Shown here one piece after another: positions 17,291 through 26,289 of a stretch of 32,000 bases of DNA (positions are counted from its first letter, which is position 1; every line of letters begins with the position of its first letter). Source of the stretch: Candidatus Saccharimonas sp. (GTDB lineage Bacteria; Patescibacteriota; Saccharimonadia; Saccharimonadales; Saccharimonadaceae); assembly GCA_015256915.3 (NCBI GenBank), contig CP076101.2:60001-92000 (forward strand), given 5' to 3'. The position numbers and the translations under genes were made by a program. Below the pieces are notes generated by a model. The model was not told where the DNA came from and made no database searches. It saw only the letters and a program-made list of their open reading frames with translations.

Positions 17291-19060
17291 ATGACATTAT
17301 TAACCAATGATATTCAGGATAGACTTGCGAAAATCCTTGTTGAAGAGGGTCTTATTCAAGAATCAAAAATTGAGTTGGCTATAAAAGAGGCTGGTTTAAA
17401 TAATCAGTCTCTAATGTCGTATATGATTGAGCATAAGTTTCTTGATAATGAAATTCTTATTCACGCAACAGCTCATGTTTCGGGGATTCCCTATGTTAAT
17501 CTTGAAAATACTACCATTCCGCAAGAGACTCTTGATTTAATTTCAGTTGATATTGCTGAACGAAATATGGCGGTTCCAATTGCTGAAGTTCAGGGGCGAA
17601 TTGCTGTTGCAATGCTTGATGCAACAAACATTCAAGCTGTTGATTATCTTTCTAGTCTAATTCAGCGCCCTCTAAAAGTATTTATGGCGAGCCAAAAATC
17701 AATTAGGCATATTTTAGACCAATATAAAACTGATCTTTCCGGTGTTGATGCTCTGGCTGAAAATGTTGATGCGCAAACTCAGGCGGAAGCAGAATCGAAA
17801 CGGCAGGTTCAAACAATTGTGCAGGACTCACCGATTTCGAAAGCTTTGAATACAATTTTAGAATATGCTGTTCGCGCAAAAGCATCCGATATCCATATTG
17901 AACCACTTGAAAAATCTTTGAAAATTCGCTGTCGAATAGATGGTGTTCTTCGAGAAATTATGAATTTGCCAAAGAGTATTGAGCCGGCTTTAATTTCACG
18001 TATTAAGATTCTCTCAAGCTTAAAGATCGATGAGCACCGCGTACCGCAAGATGGTCAGTTTGCTGTTGCTGTTGGAGATAAAGAAGTTGACCTTCGTATC
18101 GCTATTTCGCCAGTTGTTTGGGGTGAGCAAGTCGTGATTCGTTTGCTTGATAAAACGGGTAATTCTTTTAATCTTGAAGAAATGGGATACGCCGGGCGAG
18201 CTCTTCGAACAATTCGAAAGGGAATTGCTGCTCCAAATGGAATGGTTTTAACATCTGGTCCAACTGGTTCTGGTAAATCAACATCGCTTTACGCATTGAT
18301 TAAAGAGATTAAAGATGATTCGGTGAATATTATTACTCTCGAAGACCCTGTTGAATATAAGATGGATGGCGTAAATCAGATTCAAGTTAATGCTGAGGTT
18401 GGATTAACTTTTGCAGCGGGATTGCGTTCTATTTTGCGTCTTGACCCTGATATTGTGATGGTTGGAGAAATTCGTGATGGTGAAACAGCCAACCTCGCCG
18501 TTCAGGCCGCATTAACTGGACACTTAGTATTTTCAACACTTCACACCAACTCTGCTGCCGGAATTTTGCCTCGCTTGATTGATATGGGGATTGAACCTTT
18601 CTTGATCGCTTCAACAGTGAATACAATTATTGGTCAGCGTCTTGTTCGAAGGGTTGCGGCCAAGCGAAATACTTATCAATCTTCACCACTTGAAACGCAA
18701 AGTATTATCGATACTGTAGGTCATTTGCTGCCAAAAACACCAGATGAAGTAGAAAGAGTTTCAGCTGACTTAGGCTATAAAAATCTACCTCTTGCAAACC
18801 AGAAGTCTTACACTCTTGTGAAAGGTCGTGATACACCGCAAACGCCAGGAGGATACAAAGGGCGTGCAGGTTTGTATGAAGTTATGGAGGTAACCGAAGA
18901 AATTCAACAGCTTATCATTAAGCATGCAACTTCACACGAGGTTCAGAAGGTAGCAATGGCGCAAGGAATGATTACAATGCGTCAAGATGGATATCTTAAA
19001 GCTTTAACAGGAATTACAACATTAGAAGAAGTTAATAGGGTTGCGTCTGATAGCGCATAA
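17291..19060 (+). CDS. pilB: type IV pilus assembly ATPase PilB (GspE family)
   Basis: GspE N-terminal domain, Walker A GPTGSGKST, His box GHLVFSTLHTN. Confidence 0.9.
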   Translation: MTLLTNDIQDRLAKILVEEGLIQESKIELAIKEAGLNNQSLMSYMIEHKFLDNEILIHATAHVSGIPYVNLENTTIPQETLDLISVDIAERNMAVPIAEVQGRIAVAMLDATNIQAVDYLSSLIQRPLKVFMASQKSIRHILDQYKTDLSGVDALAENVDAQTQAEAESKRQVQTIVQDSPISKALNTILEYAVRAKASDIHIEPLEKSLKIRCRIDGVLREIMNLPKSIEPALISRIKILSSLKIDEHRVPQDGQFAVAVGDKEVDLRIAISPVVWGEQVVIRLLDKTGNSFNLEEMGYAGRALRTIRKGIAAPNGMVLTSGPTGSGKSTSLYALIKEIKDDSVNIITLEDPVEYKMDGVNQIQVNAEVGLTFAAGLRSILRLDPDIVMVGEIRDGETANLAVQAALTGHLVFSTLHTNSAAGILPRLIDMGIEPFLIASTVNTIIGQRLVRRVAAKRNTYQSSPLETQSIIDTVGHLLPKTPDEVERVSADLGYKNLPLANQKSYTLVKGRDTPQTPGGYKGRAGLYEVMEVTEEIQQLIIKHATSHEVQKVAMAQGMITMRQDGYLKALTGITTLEEVNRVASDSA

Positions 19061-19072
19061 AACGGGAGGAAT

Positions 19073-20140
19073 ATGAATCAAAATCTAAGAATAGAAATTT
19101 TACTTGAAGAAATCGTTCGAAAAAATGCAAGCGATCTTCATCTGCAAGTTGGTTTGCCGCCGATGATGCGGCTTGATGGCGTTTTGGCGCCATTCCCAGG
19201 ATACAATCCATTGAATGCCGAAGAAGTTGAGCATCTTGTTTTTGCAATCCTTGATGATGATCAGCAAAAAATTCTAATTAAAGATAAAGAATTCGACTTC
19301 TCATTTGCCTTTGGTGATTTGGGCCGTTTTCGTGTTAATGCTTTTCATGAACGCGGTAATTTAGCAGCTTCACTTCGTTTAATTCCAAATCAAATCAAAA
19401 CTATTACTGAGCTTGGAATGCCGCCAGTAATTCAGTCTTTTGCCGATTTTCCGCGTGGTTTAGTTTTAGTTACGGGGCCAACTGGTTCAGGAAAATCTAC
19501 AACTCTTGCCGCTTTGATTGATAAAATTAACAGCGAAAAAGCTCAGCATATCATTACAATTGAAGATCCAATTGAGTTTACGCATAAATCAAAACGCTCA
19601 GCGATTGTTCAGCGAGAGGTTCATTATGACACCTACTCATTTTCTGCGGCTCTTCGAAGTTCGCTTCGTCAAGATCCAGATGTTGTTTTAATTGGTGAGA
19701 TGCGTGATCTTGAAACAATCTCGGCTGCAATTACAATTGCTGAAACTGGGCACTTAGTGTTTGCAACGCTTCACACAAACTCTGCAGCGCAATCAATCGA
19801 CCGTATGATTGATGTTTTTCCGCCACACCAACAACCTCAAGTTCGTTCGCAACTTGCTAATATTCTGCAAGGAATTTGTGCTCAACGACTTATTCCTGCA
19901 ATTGGCGGTGGGCGAGTTGTTGCAGCCGAAGTTATGGTTGCCAACCCTGCAATTCGAAATATTATTCGTGAAGGAAAAACTCATCAGCTTGATACTGTTA
20001 TTCAAACTGGATCCGACCAAGGGATGCAGACAATGGACAGAACGCTTGTTAAATTAGTACAATCTGGTGTGGTAACTTATGACGATGCACGCGAATTTGC
20101 GGTTGATTTAGTTGAATTTGAAAGGTTGATGAGAGGCTAA
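19073..20140 (+). CDS. pilT: twitching-motility retraction ATPase PilT
   Basis: 355 aa. ASDLHLQVG, Walker A GPTGSGKSTT, GHLVFATLHTNSA, AIRNIIREGK. Confidence 0.9.
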   Translation: MNQNLRIEILLEEIVRKNASDLHLQVGLPPMMRLDGVLAPFPGYNPLNAEEVEHLVFAILDDDQQKILIKDKEFDFSFAFGDLGRFRVNAFHERGNLAASLRLIPNQIKTITELGMPPVIQSFADFPRGLVLVTGPTGSGKSTTLAALIDKINSEKAQHIITIEDPIEFTHKSKRSAIVQREVHYDTYSFSAALRSSLRQDPDVVLIGEMRDLETISAAITIAETGHLVFATLHTNSAAQSIDRMIDVFPPHQQPQVRSQLANILQGICAQRLIPAIGGGRVVAAEVMVANPAIRNIIREGKTHQLDTVIQTGSDQGMQTMDRTLVKLVQSGVVTYDDAREFAVDLVEFERLMRG

Positions 20141-20141
20141 T

Positions 20142-21347
20142 ATGAAAAAATTTTCTTATAAAGTAAAAGATCGTGTTACTGGTAAAATCATTAAAGGCGA
20201 AATTTCAGCAGATAGTCAGCGTGCGGCTGGAAAAGCTCTTATTGATCAAGGCTATATTTTGCAAGATGATATTTATGAAGTCGGCCAAGAAAACGCTTTG
20301 GCGAGGTTTATGAACCGAATCACAACTAAGGATAAAATCGTCTTCACTCGTCAGTTCGCTACTTTGATTGGTGCAGGTTTACCTCTTGCGCAGGCTCTTC
20401 GAACAGTTTCTGAGCAAACTGAAAATAAAAAAATGCGTTCAGTTGTTGATGATATTTTAGCTTCAGTTGAAAGTGGCTCAATCTTGAAAGATGCTTTTTC
20501 GAAATTTCCAGATGTTTTTGATAAAGTTTATCTTGCTTTGATTGCTGCTGGTGAAATGTCGGGAACACTTGATGAATCGCTTCGCCGTGTTGCAACTCAG
20601 CAGGAAAAAGACGCGGCAATGATGAGTAAGATTCGTGGAGCTTTAACTTACCCAGTAATTGTGCTTGTGGTTATTGGTCTCGTGATGACGTTTATGATGG
20701 TGCAGGTTGTTCCTCAAGTTAAACAGCTCTATAAAGATATGCACCAAGAATTGCCATTTGCAACACAAATTCTTATTGGAATATCAGACTTTATAATCAA
20801 CTTTTGGTGGCTTGTTTTGGTCGGAATAGGTGTTGCTGGTTATTTCTTCCGCCAATATCTTAAGACAGGGTCAGGGATTAAATTTGCGGCAAACTTCAAG
20901 CTTAACGTGCCACTTTTTAGCCCGCTATTTCGAAAGCTTTATATGGCGCGATTTGCAAGAACTGGTCAGCTTTTGCTTTCAACTGGTGTGGCACTACTTG
21001 ATATGCTCAATATTTGTGGTGATGCAATGAATAATATTATTGTGAAAAAAAGTATTGATGAAGCCGGAAAACTCGTTCAAAGCGGTAAAAGTCTTTCAGA
21101 ATCTTTAAAGGGTAAAGATTATATTTTGGATATGGTGCCACAAATGATTAACATTGGTGAGCAATCTGGTAAAATTGATGAAATGCTTGGCAAAACCGCA
21201 CAGGTTTATGAAGATGAACTTGATGAGCAAATTAAAGCTATTTCAACCTTGATTGAGCCAATCTTGATGGTTGTGATGGCATTGATGGCGGGTGGCTTGA
21301 TTGGTGCAATTTTATTCCCAATTTACTCGCTAGTTACAAAAGTCTAA
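20142..21347 (+). CDS. pilC: pilus platform protein PilC (T2SS-F family)
   Basis: 401 aa. Duplicated GspF-type domain, three TM helices. Confidence 0.9.
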   Translation: MKKFSYKVKDRVTGKIIKGEISADSQRAAGKALIDQGYILQDDIYEVGQENALARFMNRITTKDKIVFTRQFATLIGAGLPLAQALRTVSEQTENKKMRSVVDDILASVESGSILKDAFSKFPDVFDKVYLALIAAGEMSGTLDESLRRVATQQEKDAAMMSKIRGALTYPVIVLVVIGLVMTFMMVQVVPQVKQLYKDMHQELPFATQILIGISDFIINFWWLVLVGIGVAGYFFRQYLKTGSGIKFAANFKLNVPLFSPLFRKLYMARFARTGQLLLSTGVALLDMLNICGDAMNNIIVKKSIDEAGKLVQSGKSLSESLKGKDYILDMVPQMINIGEQSGKIDEMLGKTAQVYEDELDEQIKAISTLIEPILMVVMALMAGGLIGAILFPIYSLVTKV

Positions 21348-21367
21348 TTTTTCGAAAGGAAGAGAGA

Positions 21368-22270
21368 GTGGAGAATTTTCTATTAAGTTTAATTTGTGGT
21401 GTAATCGGTGCCGTTTTGGGTAGTTTTTCGGTTGCCCAAGTTTGGCGAGTGCGCGCAAAACAACTTCAAGAAGAGAGAGAGTCTGGTAAAAAAGTTGATT
21501 CTACTGAATGGAAAAAACTCCGCTCTTTGGTTTCGGTTAAAACAAAAAAAGACCGCTCGCATTGTTTGAACTGTAATTATCAACTAAAATGGTTTGATTT
21601 AATTCCGATTATCTCTTGGCTTTCACTTGGCGGAAAATGTCGTAAATGCTGTTCAAGAATCGGCTCGCTTGAATTTTTCTCTGAAATTTTAATGTTTGCA
21701 CTTTTTGTAATTATTTTCTTGATTTTTAACCCAATTTCGAATGGCACAGTTTTAGTTTTGCCAGCAATTAGACTTTTCATTTTATTAATTTCTCTGGTTC
21801 CGCTTGCAATTATGCTTATTTATGATGCTAAGTGGTCACTTTTACCAACCAAACTTCTATATATTTTCAATATTTTAGCATTTATTTATTGGGCAACTGG
21901 ATTTTTGACGGTTTCTGGTGGATTTAATTTGAGATCCATTTTTTACTTAGTAATTTCAATGATGTTCTTCCCGTTGATCTATTTTGTACTTGCAAAAATT
22001 TCGAAAGAGCAATGGGTTGGTGGTGGTGACTGGATTTTGGCGGTTGGCTTGATTTTTCTTTTACCAAATCACCCAGTCTTTGCGATTTTTCTACTTTTCC
22101 TTTCAAATGTTGTGGGCTTGGTTTTTGCAGTTTTTCAATCTATCTTGCATTTTCGAAAAGTTAAACGTGGAACACAAATTCCATTTGGCCCAGCAATGAT
22201 TTTAGCAGCTTTAATTTTGTTAGCTTTTCAACAGCAAATTTTGGTATTTTTTGTCAATTTAATAATGTAA
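21368..22270 (+). CDS. pilD: prepilin peptidase (A24 family)
   Basis: GTG start with SD GGAAGAG. N-terminal CLNCNYQL...CRKCCSRI. Asp motifs IYDAKW and GGGDWIL. Confidence 0.9.
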   Translation: MENFLLSLICGVIGAVLGSFSVAQVWRVRAKQLQEERESGKKVDSTEWKKLRSLVSVKTKKDRSHCLNCNYQLKWFDLIPIISWLSLGGKCRKCCSRIGSLEFFSEILMFALFVIIFLIFNPISNGTVLVLPAIRLFILLISLVPLAIMLIYDAKWSLLPTKLLYIFNILAFIYWATGFLTVSGGFNLRSIFYLVISMMFFPLIYFVLAKISKEQWVGGGDWILAVGLIFLLPNHPVFAIFLLFLSNVVGLVFAVFQSILHFRKVKRGTQIPFGPAMILAALILLAFQQQILVFFVNLIM

Positions 22271-22284
22271 AAATAAAAAGCTTA

Positions 22285-22293
22285 TGGTATAAT
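22285..22293 (+). promoter_or_regulatory. extended -10 promoter TGGTATAAT, 10 nt upstream of ATG 22304
   Basis: Sequence match. The AGGAG at 22294-22298 would only be transcribed by read-through from pilD. Confidence 0.5.
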
Positions 22294-22303
22294 AGGAGAA
22301 AAT

Positions 22304-23371
22304 ATGGAAAACTTTATGATGAAAAAAGCTTTTACAATTATTGAAGTAATACTTGTTTTGGGTATCTCTGGCTTGATGTTGGCGACTATGCTTGTTGGAT
22401 GGAATGCCAGTATTGAAAAACAGCGCTATAATGATTCGGTGAATACTTTTAAGTCAGATATTCAAGGTGTGTTTTCGGATGTAGAAAATCAAACTAACGA
22501 TAAGGGTTCTACAAAAATTAAATGTGACACGTCTGGCGCAAATATAAGTATTTTAAAAGATAATAGCGGCAATTTAACGGGGTCAAGCAATTGTGTTATA
22601 CTTGGAAAGTATATTTCTTTATATAATGGAAATGTTATTCCTGGGAATGAAAATGCAACTCTTGGACAAGAGCGATTTAGGGTTTTTGATGTTATAGGAA
22701 AAGATATAGATATATCAAAGGATTGTCGGGCAATAGATGAGAATGGCAAATTTCATGGTGATTTAAGAGAATGTAGAAACAGCATAGAGGCTTTACGTGC
22801 AACAAAGTTTGTTCTTGATGGTGGTAAGAATAGTGTAAAAGGCCCAAAGGATATAGAGTTGCAATGGCGCGGAACATATAAAAATGTTACAGATAATAGG
22901 ATAACTAGTGCTAGTGGGATACGGGCATTCAGCTATAAAAGTGCAGTTACCTCAATAACGAGTGGCGATAGTAAGTGGCATGGTTTAGATACGATCACTG
23001 GTGTTTTAATATTAAGGTCTCCTATTGATAATTCAATAATTTCTTTCGGTACTTCAGCAATGATAGAACATGGCTCTCTTGATAATGATGGCCTTATAGC
23101 CGCTTTTAGAGATATAAATGTGAATAGTGATTTTGTTATTAAAAATGGAAAAACAGTTAATGTTTGCGTTCGACCTTCTAACGACGGAGTACAGTGGTAT
23201 GCTGGCGGTTTCAATTTCTTCGGCGATAGAAATAAAGTTGTAAAAATTGGACCTTCGGCTTCTGCCGTTGAAATCGCGCCTCTTGACGGTCCTAAGGGCT
23301 CTTCTTGTGGAGGCGATAGAAAGGGTGATGCAAGATTTGGTGATGTAATAATTGATGGAAAGAATTTATAA
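22304..23371 (+). CDS. large pilin-like protein (class III signal peptide KKA/FTIIEV)
   Basis: N-terminus MENFMMKKAFTIIEVILVLGISGLMLATM carries the conserved Glu at +5. 355 aa. Confidence 0.7.
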   Translation: MENFMMKKAFTIIEVILVLGISGLMLATMLVGWNASIEKQRYNDSVNTFKSDIQGVFSDVENQTNDKGSTKIKCDTSGANISILKDNSGNLTGSSNCVILGKYISLYNGNVIPGNENATLGQERFRVFDVIGKDIDISKDCRAIDENGKFHGDLRECRNSIEALRATKFVLDGGKNSVKGPKDIELQWRGTYKNVTDNRITSASGIRAFSYKSAVTSITSGDSKWHGLDTITGVLILRSPIDNSIISFGTSAMIEHGSLDNDGLIAAFRDINVNSDFVIKNGKTVNVCVRPSNDGVQWYAGGFNFFGDRNKVVKIGPSASAVEIAPLDGPKGSSCGGDRKGDARFGDVIIDGKNL

Positions 23372-23982
23372 TGAAATTTCGAAAAGGTGATACATTAATT
23401 GAAGTGCTTCTTGCTATTGCTGTTTTTGCAACTGTAATGATGATTGGGTTGACCGCAATGAATAATGGAATGTCGCGTGCACTAGCAAGTTTGCAGCTTA
23501 CTATGGCGCGAAATGCTATGGATACTCAAGCGGAAGCTTTGCGTTTTGCTAATGCGGCGTTTATTTCTGAATATCGTGCAGATAGTTCAGAAGTTTCAAG
23601 TCCTGCGGCAGAATTATGGAAAAATAGCTTAACGAAAGACGCTCAAGGCTCAGCAACCCCGCTTGGGGAGTGTAGTCGAGGTTCAAGTGCTTTTGTTATC
23701 TCAACAAGAGATATGGTGACGAATCGTGGTTATCATAATGAAAAAATAGTTAATGCAATAACTTATCCACGAATTGCTTATGGTGATGATAAAGATAATA
23801 ATGCGAACTGGCTACGTGATGATCTTCCTTATAGAAGTGCGCAAGGTATTTGGGTTGAGAAAGTCCATGCTCCAAATACGAAATATTATGATTTTCATAT
23901 TCGTGCATGTTGGTCTGCGCCAGGAACTAACGTAAAAACAACTCTTGGAACGATTGTGAGGTTATATGACCCAAGGAGCTAA
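23371..23982 (+). CDS. pilin-like protein (RKG/DTLIEV)
   Basis: N-terminus MKFRKGDTLIEVLLAIAVFATVMM with Glu at +5 after Gly. Confidence 0.6.
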   Translation: MKFRKGDTLIEVLLAIAVFATVMMIGLTAMNNGMSRALASLQLTMARNAMDTQAEALRFANAAFISEYRADSSEVSSPAAELWKNSLTKDAQGSATPLGECSRGSSAFVISTRDMVTNRGYHNEKIVNAITYPRIAYGDDKDNNANWLRDDLPYRSAQGIWVEKVHAPNTKYYDFHIRACWSAPGTNVKTTLGTIVRLYDPRS

Positions 23983-24640
23983 AAAAGGTTTTACGATTAT
24001 GGAATTAATGCTAGCAATGGGCGTGATTGCATTTTTGCTCGTTGGTGTTGCTGGCTTAATTATTCAAATGACGAATACAATTACTCGTGGTACAACTTAT
24101 AAAGATTTAAACACTGCTGCTCGTACAATTAATACAGATTTTACTAAGACTTTTAATTCTTCGCCAATGCTTGATGATTGGAATGGCGGTGTTGATGGTA
24201 AATTTTATAAATCTACTGGTGCGGCTGGCGCATTTTGTACTGGAACCGTGAGCTACTTGTGGAATATAGGAGATGGAAGACGGATAGTTTTCGATGATAT
24301 TAGTGCCGTTAAATTAGTAAAAGTTCGCGATACTGCTAGATCTTATTGCGCTGATGGTGCCGAAAATACAATTTGGCGAAGGGTGCCTCGTGACAACAAT
24401 GTTACAGAAATCCTAACTGGCGGTGAAATTGATCTTCGACTACACGGAATTAATTTTTCAACCTCGCCTAATTTAAAAAATAGTGCATCAAACCAAATGA
24501 TCGTTAATATTTCTTATATTTTAGGAACACCGAACAACGGTGATATAGATGTAAGCACGTATAATTGTGAAGGGAATATTAAAAGTAATTATTGTGCAGT
24601 TAATAGATTCGATTTAACTGTTCGAACTCTTGGCAGATAA
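23966..24640 (+). CDS. pilin-like protein (canonical KKG/FTIMEL)
   Basis: N-terminus MTQGAKKGFTIMELMLAMGVIAFLL. Confidence 0.75.
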   Translation: MTQGAKKGFTIMELMLAMGVIAFLLVGVAGLIIQMTNTITRGTTYKDLNTAARTINTDFTKTFNSSPMLDDWNGGVDGKFYKSTGAAGAFCTGTVSYLWNIGDGRRIVFDDISAVKLVKVRDTARSYCADGAENTIWRRVPRDNNVTEILTGGEIDLRLHGINFSTSPNLKNSASNQMIVNISYILGTPNNGDIDVSTYNCEGNIKSNYCAVNRFDLTVRTLGR

Positions 24641-24668
24641 AAAGTGGCTTTCGAAAGCCACTTTTATT
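24640..24668. terminator. bidirectional terminator, perfect palindrome AAAAGTGGCTT-TCGA-AAGCCACTTTT
   Basis: 11-bp arms with A/T runs on both sides. Lies between the convergent pilin gene and the recombinase gene. Confidence 0.85.
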
Positions 24669-25581
24669 CTGTTTCGCTGTGAAATTTCTCGTGAATTTCT
24701 TTTAAATGTTGGTCAGTGATATGTGTATAGATTTGTGTTGTTGCAATACTGGCGTGGCCAAGCATTCCTTGCACTGAGCGCAAATCCGCACCATTTACGA
24801 GTAAATCTGTTGCAAAAGAATGTCGCATTGTGTGGGGTGAAACGTGTTTTGTAATTCCGGCAAGTTTTGCGTATTTTTCAACCATTCTTTGCACCGAACG
24901 TGGTGTAATTCGCCGATAATTTCCATCAGTTGAAGGTTTCTTGTATCGCCGCGAATAATTTAAAAATAATGGTTGCAAGTTGTCATTTCGAGCGTCTAAA
25001 TAATTTTCGATATGCTCTGCGGCTTTTTTCGAAATAAAAATTGGTCGGTCTTTGTTTCCTTTTCCGCGAACGGTAAATTCACGCCGCTTTGTATTAATGC
25101 TTCCACGGTTTAAATTTACAAGCTCAGAAACACGCAAACCGCTTGAAAAGAGTAATTCCACAATTGCGCGGTCTCGTAAATCACTTTCGGTTTCATTTGG
25201 AATCTCAGCAATTAAACGCTCGATTTCTTCATAATGCAAAAAATTAACTTGTGGCTTTACAATTTTTGGTAGCTCAATTTTTGAAGGTTCCAAGCTTTTA
25301 ATGTCGCGCCGAGCAAGATAAGTTAAAAATCTTCGAAGGGCAATTAAGTGATAAGCTTGTGTAGCTCGCCCTAAATCTTTGCCGAATTCATTTTCGTAAC
25401 GATTAAGCCATAAACGATATTTTCGAACTAATTCTGAGGTAATTTCTTTTGCTGGAATATCGCCCGCAAATTCAACAAATCGCTCCAAATAAAGTCGATA
25501 ATTCTCGGCCGTCTTTTTCGAACGACCGCCTTCAACTTCAAGCGATTCAATAAAATCTTCAATTCCTTCGGAAATATACAT
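24664..25581 (-). CDS. XerC/XerD-family tyrosine recombinase
   Basis: SAM-like N-domain. C-terminal HTMRHSFATDLL...LGHASIATTQIYTH (R-H-R-Y catalytic pattern). Confidence 0.85.
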   Translation of the reverse strand: MYISEGIEDFIESLEVEGGRSKKTAENYRLYLERFVEFAGDIPAKEITSELVRKYRLWLNRYENEFGKDLGRATQAYHLIALRRFLTYLARRDIKSLEPSKIELPKIVKPQVNFLHYEEIERLIAEIPNETESDLRDRAIVELLFSSGLRVSELVNLNRGSINTKRREFTVRGKGNKDRPIFISKKAAEHIENYLDARNDNLQPLFLNYSRRYKKPSTDGNYRRITPRSVQRMVEKYAKLAGITKHVSPHTMRHSFATDLLVNGADLRSVQGMLGHASIATTQIYTHITDQHLKEIHEKFHSETE

Positions 25582-25587
25582 AATCTT

Positions 25588-25596
25588 ATTATAGCA
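25588..25596 (-). promoter_or_regulatory. extended -10 promoter TGCTATAAT, 6 nt upstream of the recombinase ATG (leaderless)
   Basis: The reverse complement of 25588-25596 is TGCTATAAT. Confidence 0.55.
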
Positions 25597-25611
25597 TTTT
25601 TTTATGAAAAA

Positions 25612-25620
25612 TAGTATAAT
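25612..25620 (+). promoter_or_regulatory. -10 promoter element (TAGTATAAT) for ndk, with an SD-containing leader
   Basis: TATAAT at 25615-25620. AAGGAG at 25638-25643. Confidence 0.5.
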
Positions 25621-25647
25621 TTATAAAGAAGTCTAATAAGGAGTTTT

Positions 25648-26157
25648 ATGTCGAAAGAATTAGTTCAGCGAACATTAATTTTATTTAAACCAGACGCTGT
25701 TCAACGTGGAATTGTGGGAGAAATTTTAACGCGTTTCGAAAGGGTTGGTTTGAAAATAATCGGCACAAAAATGATTTTCCCAAGCAAAGAACATTATCAT
25801 AAGCACTATGAAGGAATTGGTAAAATGGTCACACGGCGCGGTGAAAAAGCTTTTGACATGGCGTTGGAATTTATGACTCAAGGGCCTGTAATTGCAATGG
25901 TTTTTGAAGGCGTGGAGGCGGTTGAATTGGTGCGAAAACTTGTTGGTGGAACTGAACCAAAAACGGCGCTTCCTGGTACGATTCGCGGTGATTATTCGCA
26001 CATGAGTTTTGGCTATGCAGATGAGCATAATGTTGGGATTCCGAATCTAATTCATGCTTCAGGTAGCATTGAAGAAGCAAAGCAAGAAATTTCACACTGG
26101 TTTTCAGATTTTGAAATTTATAACTATACTTCACCTCGCGAAAAATTTACGCGTTAA
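25648..26157 (+). CDS. ndk: nucleoside diphosphate kinase
   Basis: RTLILFKPDAVQRGIVGEILTRFE. Active-site His context NLIHAS. Confidence 0.9.
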   Translation: MSKELVQRTLILFKPDAVQRGIVGEILTRFERVGLKIIGTKMIFPSKEHYHKHYEGIGKMVTRRGEKAFDMALEFMTQGPVIAMVFEGVEAVELVRKLVGGTEPKTALPGTIRGDYSHMSFGYADEHNVGIPNLIHASGSIEEAKQEISHWFSDFEIYNYTSPREKFTR

Positions 26158-26181
26158 AATCTCGCTATTTTTTTAAAAATC

Positions 26182-26190
26182 TGGTAAAAT
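26182..26190 (+). promoter_or_regulatory. extended -10 promoter TGGTAAAAT upstream of tRNA-Arg
   Basis: Sequence match, 10 nt before the tRNA 5' end. Confidence 0.55.
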
Positions 26191-26200
26191 AGAGTAGTGA

Positions 26201-26277
26201 GCCTCGGTAGCTCAATTGGATAGAGCAGTTCCGTCCTAAGGAAAAGGTTATAGGTTCGATTCCTATCCGGGGTACCA
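26201..26277 (+). tRNA. tRNA-Arg (anticodon CCU), CCA encoded
   Basis: Hand-folded cloverleaf: acceptor GCCTCGG/CCGGGGT, D arm GCTC..GAGC, anticodon loop gTCCTaa, T arm ATAGG-TTCGATT-CCTAT. Confidence 0.85.
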
Positions 26278-26289
26278 CTAAATTTATTT

